Below are positions 28,561 to 37,401 of a stretch of DNA of 64,000 nucleotides, in pieces (within the stretch, counting starts at the first letter, position 1; every line of letters begins with the position of its first letter). The stretch comes from Bacteroidota bacterium (GTDB lineage: Bacteria; Bacteroidota; Bacteroidia; UKL13-3): assembly GCA_046309355.1 (NCBI GenBank), contig JBKCPL010000027.1, positions 11,857-75,856 on the forward strand, given 5' to 3'. The notes beneath the pieces were generated by a model. The model saw only the letters and a list, made by a program, of their open reading frames with translations, made no database searches and was not told the origin of the DNA. Made by a program: the position numbers and the translations under genes.

Positions 28561-29076
28561 ATGAAAAATAGAATTTTAAAAGTTATGGTATGTGCGTTTC
28601 CGCTGCTGTGGGGCGCTTGCGAAAAACCCTATGACGAGACTAAAAAAATAGGTCCGCCACGGTTTAATCCGGAGCAAATAATGACCGTACTTGAAGGCAA
28701 ATGGCAAATGCTTTCAGCCAAACAGGTAGATGAAAAGTCATTGACTAAGGAGTCGATTGATATTACTGATTTTTTCACACAGGAACCCGGTTCGAATGTA
28801 CCAACTCTTGTTTTTAAATCAGACTTTACCTTTACAGCCGACACCACCGGTGTAGCGGTTGATTATTTTGGAGTAACCTCCGGTAAATGGAATTTTGATG
28901 ACCCGGCCTACCCCACCGTGATAAACCTTTCGGATGCGAATGATCTACCAGTAGGTAGTATAGGCATAGGTGCAAACCTGCTTAGCCTTAATCCCATGCT
29001 GCTGTATACCAAATCAGCGATGTGCGGGGAAGAAAAAGCATTTACGTACAACCTTGAATTTCTAAAGCAACAGTGA
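28561..29076 (+). CDS. PUL-associated lipoprotein (DUF5004-like)
   Basis: Lipobox WGAC, GKWQM and GKWNFDDPAYPT, reminiscent of DUF5004 lipoproteins found after susD. Confidence 0.6.
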   Translation: MKNRILKVMVCAFPLLWGACEKPYDETKKIGPPRFNPEQIMTVLEGKWQMLSAKQVDEKSLTKESIDITDFFTQEPGSNVPTLVFKSDFTFTADTTGVAVDYFGVTSGKWNFDDPAYPTVINLSDANDLPVGSIGIGANLLSLNPMLLYTKSAMCGEEKAFTYNLEFLKQQ

Positions 29077-29077
29077 A

Positions 29078-29944
29078 ATGAAAAAAATAGTATTAAGCAT
29101 AGCTGCCATTTTTACGTACCTGACCTCGATGAGTCAGGCAGCGTGGATAGAACCTGAAAATCCGGATGTAACCAAACCCATTCGTATTTACTGCGACATA
29201 TTAAAAGTTACCGCTGCAACAGCAGATGGAATGAAAAGTAATCCTGACGGTCCATTCTATATTTGGACATGGAATCCGAATGAAGCACGCGTTGATTCAC
29301 TTCTGAACGGATCGGGAGATAAGCCCTGGAAAAACAGTAACGAAACCATGCGAATGACCAAAGACGATACTAAAGGTGCGAATGTGTGGTATTATGAAAT
29401 GGTACCCGTTTTGTTTTACGGTGTAGATGCAAATACCGTTTACACGAAGGGCATATCGTTTCTGGTAAAGCCGAAAGATGGTGGAGGTTACGGTGACCCT
29501 GATGCTAAAACCGAAGACTTTAATCTTCCCGTATCTCCTCCGAAGTTGAACAGAGGCATTATTTACACTGTGCCGGGTACCATCTTCGAACAGGAAATTA
29601 CCAGTTTAGTGTACGATAATCCTCAGGAAACCAAAGTAAGCATGCAAAATCTTCCTGATGGCGAAGTGTATATGCACATAGTAGCTACAATAGAAGATAC
29701 AGCAACCAAAAATAAAAGTACTATAGAACCCAGCAAGTTTTTTAAAGTACAAGATAATCCTAAGTTGAGAATGAAAAAAATGCCTGATGGCCGTTTCAAA
29801 ATAACGATGATACCCAAAAAGTATTTGAGCATACCTGATGGTTCGCGTTTACTTGACATCGAAGCTACGGTTAGAAAAAAAACATACGTAAGTTCAGATG
29901 ACCAAAGCAACGAAAAAAATAAACTTAAGGCTGGCTGTAAATAA
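29078..29944 (+). CDS. Secreted hypothetical protein with two Ig-like repeats (putative glycan-binding, DUF4961-like)
   Basis: Signal peptide; two halves starting WIEP...IYCD...YIWTW and YTVP...LVYD...YMHI; last gene of the susCD operon. Confidence 0.6.
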   Translation: MKKIVLSIAAIFTYLTSMSQAAWIEPENPDVTKPIRIYCDILKVTAATADGMKSNPDGPFYIWTWNPNEARVDSLLNGSGDKPWKNSNETMRMTKDDTKGANVWYYEMVPVLFYGVDANTVYTKGISFLVKPKDGGGYGDPDAKTEDFNLPVSPPKLNRGIIYTVPGTIFEQEITSLVYDNPQETKVSMQNLPDGEVYMHIVATIEDTATKNKSTIEPSKFFKVQDNPKLRMKKMPDGRFKITMIPKKYLSIPDGSRLLDIEATVRKKTYVSSDDQSNEKNKLKAGCK

Positions 29945-29968
29945 CCTTCTCCTAAGCGCTCTCTATAC

Positions 29969-29999
29969 AAAGCATGTTCAAAATGGGCATGCTTTTTTT
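29969..29999 (+). terminator. Intrinsic terminator closing the susCD operon
   Basis: AAGCATGTTCA-AAA-TGGGCATGCTT followed by a T-tract. Confidence 0.8.
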
Positions 30000-30177
30000 A
30001 TTGTACGAATATGAATAAGCTACTATCGTATCTTTTAAGTAGCTGTTCTATTCGTATTATCTAATTCATATATAAGTCGAGATATTCATAAAGTACGTGT
30101 TAAGCATATTCGCACAGACAAAAGACTTAAAAATTTTGTTTTGAAGTCTGAGCTAATGCGCATGAATTATGAACGTA

Positions 30178-31608
30178 CTACTTATCGTGAATGTAAGGCT
30201 CTACCAGCATCACCTCTTCCCTATCAACCACCACCTGACCGGGCTCCATCCCTTTAGGCTTGCGAACATATTTTTTGAGGGTATAGCACACTGGCACCAA
30301 AGAACTGCCTTTTAATTTAGAGTAGTATGCAGCTAACTGTGCTGCGTAGTGTATCACATCATTAGGGAAATGTGCTCCCTGCTGTTTGATGACAACATGC
30401 GAACCCGATACATCTTTGGCATGTAACCACATATCATTTTTCTGTGCGTATTGTGTGGTTAATACATCGTTGCTGGATGCATTTTTCCCCACCCAAATGG
30501 TGTAGCCGTTTTTCTCATACACCTTAAAAGGCAAGGATTTCTCTTTTTCCCATTGTTGTTTCATAAACGGCTTCAGGTCGCTAGCTTGTGATGCCTTGAT
30601 TACCTGCTTATAGTTTGATTGCAAGTGTTCAAGCTTAGCCTGTGCTCGCATTAATGTATCGTGTCGCGTGGCGGTTTCCGATTTTATATTACGCTGTTTA
30701 CGGTAATAGTGGGCTGCATTATCTTGAGGCGATAAATCCTTTTTCAATTTTATAACTACATCTTTTCCATGATACAAATCGTACAAAGTGACTTCTTGCA
30801 TACCTTGTTTTATGGTGTTCAAATTGGCCATAATGAGGTGTCCGATTTGATCAGCAGAAAGTGTTTGCTCATCAGGTTGCAATAACAAGTTGGTGTTATG
30901 AATCAACGACTCAGTTCGCCTGATTTGAGCTTTCAGGTTGTATAACAGTGTTTGTTTTTGTGCATTAAAATGAAGCTGAGCTAAGTTAAGCCGTGCAAAC
31001 TGAGTAAGTGCGTCCAATATTTCATCGCTTTCATATACCTTATCAGAAACCGGTTGAAGGTAAAATGCAAAAGGTAAGTGTGCATCTTGCTGAGGTGCTA
31101 TGCAAAAGTATCCTTCCACTATGGATATGTTCTTCAGTAGTTCAGCGCGCTCTGTAGTGCTTCTATCAAAATCATTTAGCGCTAACAGCCGATCGTTCTT
31201 GATTGATTCCCGAAATACTTCAACAGGCAGGTTTGAATCTGCGTAAAGTAACACATTGGCAAGCCCATCATAAAGTTTAAAAAGCAGAACGCATGAATGT
31301 TCAAATTGCAGTTCAAACGATCGGTTATTGTGATGCTGTTTTACTTTTTTTAGTCGTTGTTCAACTAGTTGTTGAAACAAAGGCTGTGCATTTGATGGCT
31401 TTCGTGGGTTATCATGACTGAACAGCAGGAAACAATGCCGGGAAGCGAGAACCATTTTCATGCATAGGTTTTTATTCGATTTCTCGAACAGCAGTACCAG
31501 TTCATCTTTACTTAGCGTGTAGGCATCGTGCAATACAGCATCCTGCAACTGCTCAGTGAGTGCTGCGCTTAGCTGCCTTACCGTATGATAATGCTGATGC
31601 AAGGACAT
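30178..31608 (-). CDS. NFACT family protein (RqcH/FbpA-like ribosome quality control factor)
   Basis: LSPQDNAAHYY coiled coil; NFACT-R motifs WVGKNASSND, WLHAKDVSGSHVVI, AAQLAAYYSK and KYVRKPKG. Confidence 0.88.
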   Translation of the reverse strand: MSLHQHYHTVRQLSAALTEQLQDAVLHDAYTLSKDELVLLFEKSNKNLCMKMVLASRHCFLLFSHDNPRKPSNAQPLFQQLVEQRLKKVKQHHNNRSFELQFEHSCVLLFKLYDGLANVLLYADSNLPVEVFRESIKNDRLLALNDFDRSTTERAELLKNISIVEGYFCIAPQQDAHLPFAFYLQPVSDKVYESDEILDALTQFARLNLAQLHFNAQKQTLLYNLKAQIRRTESLIHNTNLLLQPDEQTLSADQIGHLIMANLNTIKQGMQEVTLYDLYHGKDVVIKLKKDLSPQDNAAHYYRKQRNIKSETATRHDTLMRAQAKLEHLQSNYKQVIKASQASDLKPFMKQQWEKEKSLPFKVYEKNGYTIWVGKNASSNDVLTTQYAQKNDMWLHAKDVSGSHVVIKQQGAHFPNDVIHYAAQLAAYYSKLKGSSLVPVCYTLKKYVRKPKGMEPGQVVVDREEVMLVEPYIHDK

Positions 31609-32372
31609 TACAGTTCAAGAGTTAACCCATCATAAGCCAAGTAAACACCATTGGGCAATTCACGTTCTACTTCCTCATGCTTACCCATCTGATGGCTTAA
31701 ATGTGTGAGGTATGCTGCTTTTGGCTTAACCTGCTCAATGATGTGAAGTGCTTCGTCAAGTGTAAAATGAGATACATGTTTTTCTTTACGAAGTGCATTC
31801 AATACAAGTATTTTACATCCTTTTATTTTCTCCATTTCATCCGGAGAAATGTAATTGGCATCGGTAATGTATACAAAATCATTAATTCGAAATCCAAGTA
31901 CCGGTAGCTTATAGTGAAGTACCTCTATGGGCTGTATTCGTAGGTCACGCACGGTAAAAAACACATCGTTGTGTATACGGTGCAGGTGTATTTCGGGGAT
32001 GCCCGGGTAGCGTGTTTCAGCAAAAATGTAGGCAAACTCACGATGCAGTTGTTGCTCAACGGCTTCGGTACAGTATACGTCAACGGCTTTCTTCATCCTG
32101 AAGTTAAACCCACGTATATCATCCATACCGGCTATATGGTCTTTGTGTCCGTGAGTAAAAATAAGTGCATCAAGGTGCTGAATACCTGCACGTAGCATTT
32201 GCTGCCTGAAGTCTGGACCACTATCAATAACAGCATGAGTATCGCCCGATTGTATTAAAACAGATGTACGCAGCCTTTTGTCGCGGCTGTCGGTTGACGA
32301 GCATACTGTACAGCTGCAGGCAATCAGGGGCACGCCCTGCGAAGTTCCGGTTCCCAAAAAAGTGACTTTCAC
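31608..32372 (-). CDS. MBL-fold metallo-hydrolase (PhnP/YycJ-like)
   Basis: FLGTGTSQGVP, CSCTVC, THGHKDH, YITD, THLSH, AYDG. Confidence 0.92.
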   Translation of the reverse strand: MKVTFLGTGTSQGVPLIACSCTVCSSTDSRDKRLRTSVLIQSGDTHAVIDSGPDFRQQMLRAGIQHLDALIFTHGHKDHIAGMDDIRGFNFRMKKAVDVYCTEAVEQQLHREFAYIFAETRYPGIPEIHLHRIHNDVFFTVRDLRIQPIEVLHYKLPVLGFRINDFVYITDANYISPDEMEKIKGCKILVLNALRKEKHVSHFTLDEALHIIEQVKPKAAYLTHLSHQMGKHEEVERELPNGVYLAYDGLTLEL

Positions 32373-32454
32373 ACAACTAAAATATTATTCGTGTCAGAAA
32401 ATAAAAATAATGGGTAATATATCGAATATTGCATTTGTAGACAAACATGTGCAA

Positions 32455-33960
32455 ATGACGCTGAATAAACTCATTATTCCCATACTATTTATACTCTCAG
32501 CCTTATGCTTGTGTTGGTTTTATAATTATTTCGAAATACTGTTCTGGCAACCTCAAGGCATTCATTTCATGCGCCAAACGGATTGCTTGTCATTTATCAG
32601 CTATTATTTAAAAACCGGAGCACCGCTATGGGAGCCCGGCCTGCTTTGCCTTTACAGCCATGATGGTAAGACAGCCAGTGAGTTTCCTGCTGTATATTAT
32701 GCACTTTCATTTGTGTGGAAGTATGCGGGCAAGCAAGAGTTTCTGCTACGGCTATTTAATCTGACTGTATTTTTTGTCGGTGTTTATCACCTGCTGCTTA
32801 TGTTTAAAAAGTCTTTGCTTAGGTGGCACATATCTGTTATTGCTGTTTTATTTATCATTACAAGTCCTGTTATAGTTTACTACGCCAACAATTTTTTACC
32901 TGACATTTCAGCAATGGCATTAGCATTTATTGCCTTGCGTTATTCATATGAGTATTTGAGCAACCATCGTAACGAACGTCTTGTTAAGGCAACTATATTT
33001 TATACGCTATCGGCCTTACTTAAAATATCGTATTTTATTTATCCTGCTGCATTTTTTGTGGCTGTGCTAGTAACCCAGTTTTCTAACAATAAAATGCATA
33101 AAGAACTGAAAAGGCTATTTGTGTATTTTCTTTTCAGTTTAATCGTATGCGGAAGCTGGATGTATTATGTCGTGTGGTATAACCGAATTCATACGGGCTA
33201 TTTCTTAAGTACTTACAAAGCCTATTGGATGCTGGATGAAAGTTACATACAATCCGTTTGGAAGCATATACTTGAATACTGGTATGGCTGGCACCTTACA
33301 GTGTTTGCCGTTTTTGGGCTGTTTTTTAGCCTGCTTCTGATACTTGATTTCAAAAAATATGTGAGCTTGACAGCAGGTGTATGGGGTATTCTAGCAGCAT
33401 TGGCTGGGTTTGCGTATCTTATACTATTTTTTGGCCAGTTACATGACCACGATTATTATATACTAACCATTATACCGGCTTTTGCACTTTTATTTATGAA
33501 TATGTTGTCACTAATTACGCAACAACTTCCACTCAACTATGCAAAGACGTTAGTAGCATTGGTTGTTGGTATCTTTTTATACAAAAACCTGTTCTATACT
33601 CAAAATTTTGTTCGGTGGCGTTATTGGGATTCATCTATAAACGATCCTTATGCACGAGTAGGCATTAAGTTATTACATGCCGATAAAGAATTGACAAATG
33701 CGGGTATATCTGAGGATGCACGACTTGTATTTGTTCCTGATGATGGTTATTCCGGATGTACCTATTTCAGCAACCGCTTTGGCTGGCAACTGGGTAGTAA
33801 TTACGAAAACGAACTAAGCCGAATTACTGCATTCAAAGAGCAGGGAGCATCACACCTTGTCATCATCGATACTGCCCTTTTCAGTCACGCTGGACTGCTT
33901 GCCTATACAGATTCAGTCGTTTTAAAAACTCCCAATTATATAGTTTACTCACTTAAATAA
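32455..33960 (+). CDS. Polytopic GT-C fold glycosyltransferase (ArnT/PMT-like, GT39-related)
   Basis: Start moved to MTLNKLII because the longer ORF overlaps the MBL gene; HFMRQTD, SEFP, LRL, NFLPD and HDYY motifs; many TM helices. Confidence 0.7.
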   Translation: MTLNKLIIPILFILSALCLCWFYNYFEILFWQPQGIHFMRQTDCLSFISYYLKTGAPLWEPGLLCLYSHDGKTASEFPAVYYALSFVWKYAGKQEFLLRLFNLTVFFVGVYHLLLMFKKSLLRWHISVIAVLFIITSPVIVYYANNFLPDISAMALAFIALRYSYEYLSNHRNERLVKATIFYTLSALLKISYFIYPAAFFVAVLVTQFSNNKMHKELKRLFVYFLFSLIVCGSWMYYVVWYNRIHTGYFLSTYKAYWMLDESYIQSVWKHILEYWYGWHLTVFAVFGLFFSLLLILDFKKYVSLTAGVWGILAALAGFAYLILFFGQLHDHDYYILTIIPAFALLFMNMLSLITQQLPLNYAKTLVALVVGIFLYKNLFYTQNFVRWRYWDSSINDPYARVGIKLLHADKELTNAGISEDARLVFVPDDGYSGCTYFSNRFGWQLGSNYENELSRITAFKEQGASHLVIIDTALFSHAGLLAYTDSVVLKTPNYIVYSLK

Positions 33961-33968
33961 ATTTTATC

Positions 33969-34352
33969 ATGAAACACTCCGCAACAATTCTGTTTATTCT
34001 ATTCAGCTCATTCATGCTGCATGCACAGCAGGGCGTTAAGTACCTTCAACCCCGACAGTTTCAGGAAGTAATGCAGAAACAGAAAGGCATATTGCTGGAT
34101 GTAAGAACACCGGCCGAATTTAAAAAGGGACACCTAAAAGGCGCTCAACTCATGAATATATTCGATGATGACTTCGAAGCACGAATAAATAAGCTCGATC
34201 GAAATGCAGTGTATTATGTGTACTGTGGTAGTGGTGGCCGAAGTAGCGAGTGTACCGAAATGATGGCGAAGAAAGGCTTCAAAAACGTAGTTGAACTAGA
34301 AGGCGGAACCTCAAACTGGCTGAAAAACGGTATGCCATTGGTTACGGACTAA
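33969..34352 (+). CDS. Exported rhodanese-like domain protein
   Basis: Signal peptide, LDVRTPAEF..GHL, active loop YCGSGGRS, LEGG...W. Confidence 0.9.
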   Translation: MKHSATILFILFSSFMLHAQQGVKYLQPRQFQEVMQKQKGILLDVRTPAEFKKGHLKGAQLMNIFDDDFEARINKLDRNAVYYVYCGSGGRSSECTEMMAKKGFKNVVELEGGTSNWLKNGMPLVTD

Positions 34353-34406
34353 TACATTACTCTTAACTTTGATTAATTAGCTAACGGCAGCAAACGTCCA
34401 CAATTT

Positions 34407-35561
34407 TTACCGTTGTATTAGAAGCTTTTTCGTTACTGTTTCTCCTGATACGGTTGTTAACCGAATGTAGTGTAGCCCTGCAGGCAGCTCTGTTACATCT
34501 GCGTGCTGGAAATTTTCTGTTAGTATTAATTCCAGTAGTCCGTTCATGGAATAAAACTCAGCCTTTGAAAAACCGGCATTACTTTCTAAGGTTATGTAAG
34601 ATGAAGCGGGATTGGGATAAAGGGAAACACCTACGTGGTCTTGGTAAGTATCATTAAGCGAAACAGGCAATACAGTATACCTTTTATAGTTGAAGTACCC
34701 CATAACCGGATAGTGATCGCTGGTATTGTTTACATATCCCGAAATATAAAATGGGAGGCTATCAAGCACACGCGATGAATTGGCTACATAATATGGATTA
34801 TTGGAATTATTTATCAATATATGATCAATCATACTACCACCCGAGAAGGCATACGATGCTTTACCCAAATCGCTCAAGCGCTTGCTGATGAAAAAATAGT
34901 TAGGTGAATCGGTTACAAAATTTACAAATGGACTTTGTGTAGCACCCGACCAAATAGATTGATTTACATCATCATTCCAGTCGCCAATGACCATAACCTT
35001 ATCATTTTTTCGGTTAGCATCCAAAAAGGTTTTTAGGTAAGCAGCTGCATTTTTACGTCTTGTATACGATTCTTGATCGTCAAAAGCCTTTAAGTGTATA
35101 ACATATACATATAACGTATCTGTTTTGTTATTCCCTTTTGTGGTTAACACCACTTCAAGAGGCGGTCTATATGCAAAATCATAATTGTATTGAGACTCTG
35201 TAAGCACCATTTGCCACGATTGCATGGTGAACATATTTTTCTTAAACAACAATGCGGTTTTCTGAGTCTGGCTATAGGTAGCAATGGCACCGTCATAGTC
35301 GGGCAAATCGTTCAGTAAATTCATCCACGTGGTATTATCGGAAACTTCACACAATCCCCACATGTCTACATCTGCATTATTAATAATTGTTTTTACGTTA
35401 CTGTATTGAAGCGCTTCGTTTGTAGGACCATTTGATGTATTGCCCAGCCACTCTACATTCCAGCAGGCTACATCAAGCAATGTATCGTTCCCATATTTAG
35501 GAACCTGAGCAACTACTGCAGTATATGTACACAAAAAAATAAGTATGAAAGCTTTATTCAT
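34407..35561 (-). CDS. Endonuclease/exonuclease/phosphatase (EEP) family protein with T9SS CTD
   Basis: WNVEW, GLCEV, HLKA, GDWND, IDHI and SDHYPV; C-terminal LYPNPA...GLHYIRL...KKLLIQ. Confidence 0.88.
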   Translation of the reverse strand: MNKAFILIFLCTYTAVVAQVPKYGNDTLLDVACWNVEWLGNTSNGPTNEALQYSNVKTIINNADVDMWGLCEVSDNTTWMNLLNDLPDYDGAIATYSQTQKTALLFKKNMFTMQSWQMVLTESQYNYDFAYRPPLEVVLTTKGNNKTDTLYVYVIHLKAFDDQESYTRRKNAAAYLKTFLDANRKNDKVMVIGDWNDDVNQSIWSGATQSPFVNFVTDSPNYFFISKRLSDLGKASYAFSGGSMIDHILINNSNNPYYVANSSRVLDSLPFYISGYVNNTSDHYPVMGYFNYKRYTVLPVSLNDTYQDHVGVSLYPNPASSYITLESNAGFSKAEFYSMNGLLELILTENFQHADVTELPAGLHYIRLTTVSGETVTKKLLIQR

Positions 35562-36511
35562 TACCTGTATGTTTTAACGAACCAAATATACGCAATCGCT
35601 GTTAACGCAAGTGTAAAAACAGATTGGATCCCATGAATAACAATGGCCAGAGCATTTCCAGCTACCAGTGATACACCCAGTAAAAGGCACGCCTGAGCCA
35701 CCAAAAAATGATAGGCTCCCAAACCTCCGCCTTGAATAGGAACCGAACGTCCTATGCTTCCGATAATCATGATAAAAAAAGCATCACTTAGTGTAAGTAC
35801 GGATGTTTCAGTAAAGGTATAAAACCATAAATAGGTCATGAGGTAGTAGCAAATCCAGATGCCTATTGTATATATCCAAAAAGTAGGAAGCAGCAATGTA
35901 CTGAGTAGCTGTACAGCCATAGTTTTGTAAAACAAAAAAGACTTACGCGCTTTAGCATACACAAAATACAGTGCAACAAGCAGCAAACACGCAAGTATAA
36001 AAGCCACTATATAGTGCACATACGTAAACTTCTCCTGCATGTGTATCCATATGTTTTTGTACATAAAGTTTGCTACATCGGCTGAATACAGCAGCACAAG
36101 CAGTGCGAGGAGCAAAAACAGACACATGGTATCCACTATACGTTCTACAGCCACTGAAAGCAATGACTTGTCGAATTCTAAATGATGCGACTTACGCAAA
36201 AGGGCGCAGCGAGTCAGTTCGCCCAAGCGTGGCACAGCATAATTCATACCGTAGCCAATACACAACGATGCCAGCAATGTTTTTTTATCTACGTGCTCAT
36301 TCATCTGCCTGAGCATAATTTGCCACCGGCTTATACGAAATACATAACCTAAAAAGGATACCGTTAAAACAGGTATGGCAAGAAAATAGTTGCCATGTAT
36401 CAGCACATCAATAACTTCATGGATGCTAACACGGGTAAAAGCAGCCCACATAAGCAACAGACCGGCCAGAAAGTATATTGCATAAGTCAGGTATGAAGTG
36501 GTGATTTTCAT
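35561..36511 (-). CDS. Lysylphosphatidylglycerol synthase TM / flippase-like domain protein (YbhN family)
   Basis: RISRWQ, GYGMNYAVPRLGELTR, VERIVD and PIQGGGLGAYH; polytopic. Confidence 0.88.
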   Translation of the reverse strand: MKITTSYLTYAIYFLAGLLLMWAAFTRVSIHEVIDVLIHGNYFLAIPVLTVSFLGYVFRISRWQIMLRQMNEHVDKKTLLASLCIGYGMNYAVPRLGELTRCALLRKSHHLEFDKSLLSVAVERIVDTMCLFLLLALLVLLYSADVANFMYKNIWIHMQEKFTYVHYIVAFILACLLLVALYFVYAKARKSFLFYKTMAVQLLSTLLLPTFWIYTIGIWICYYLMTYLWFYTFTETSVLTLSDAFFIMIIGSIGRSVPIQGGGLGAYHFLVAQACLLLGVSLVAGNALAIVIHGIQSVFTLALTAIAYIWFVKTYR

Positions 36512-37401
36512 CTGACTAAAAGCGGAGATATAATACCTACCTGATTAGTTTGCCAGTAATAGCCCGGTGCAGGATAGTGTATATAATCAGCTAATTGTTT
36601 TACTGTGTGCAAGGTTTTGTTTTTAACTTTCCATGCCCCCAGGTTCCAGTCTAGCCCTATGGCAAATGCGCGGTCTTGTATTGGTTTATGCATTGGCGAG
36701 TCGCGGTCTACACCATATCCTACAGCCATATTCAAAAAAGCAGGCCAGCGTTTTTGGTGCTTTGCCGGCAGCATATTGTGAATATCAAATGTCATCCAGT
36801 ACATATGCCCGTGATAGTCACTGGTAAGTGTCCACTCCTTAAATCCATTTTTTATATAATAGGAAGTAGGCCAATAGCTCATCTTGAACTTGATGTTTGA
36901 CAAATAAGGGTAGCGCAACTGAAGGTAGGCCATTCCGATACCGGAAAAATTTGCGGCTAAATCATGCCAGGAATAGCCCCATTGGGTAACGCCATCGCCC
37001 AACTCGATACTTACTGCCCAAAATGCACTAAGCCAGAATGAAGTTCGTAATCGTTGCTTATCATTAAATTCACACAACTTCATGAGTTCGCTTATAGAAT
37101 TAAAGTACATGTACGATACATAAAAATGCCCGGCTTTATCCATGCCATAATGGTAGTTCGTTGTAAACTTATCGCCTTTCTCAAACCGAAATGAATTAAA
37201 CCCTTCATCCCACCACCATTTGTATTGAATGAACGCACTAATTACCTGCTGTGTTGCAATACCAGCCGTAAACACTTTTTGTTTAGTTGTATAGGATGTC
37301 CAAAAGCGATTGTCGGATTGAGCATGTACAGAAAAGTACATTGAAATAGCTATTAAAATTATAGCTATACGTAAAATTATATGACTAAATTTAGATTTCA
37401 A
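36508..37401 (-). CDS. DUF2279 (YfiM-like) family protein
   Basis: MDKAGHF, IELGDG, YSWHDLAAN, DYHGHMYW and LNMAVGYG. Confidence 0.8.
   Translation of the reverse strand: MKSKFSHIILRIAIILIAISMYFSVHAQSDNRFWTSYTTKQKVFTAGIATQQVISAFIQYKWWWDEGFNSFRFEKGDKFTTNYHYGMDKAGHFYVSYMYFNSISELMKLCEFNDKQRLRTSFWLSAFWAVSIELGDGVTQWGYSWHDLAANFSGIGMAYLQLRYPYLSNIKFKMSYWPTSYYIKNGFKEWTLTSDYHGHMYWMTFDIHNMLPAKHQKRWPAFLNMAVGYGVDRDSPMHKPIQDRAFAIGLDWNLGAWKVKNKTLHTVKQLADYIHYPAPGYYWQTNQVGIISPLLVR

Noticed and set aside
32278-32454. Apparent 95-nt head-to-head overlap of the GT-C ORF with the MBL gene
   Set aside because: Artefact of the longest-ORF start; a downstream ATG gives a normal divergent arrangement.
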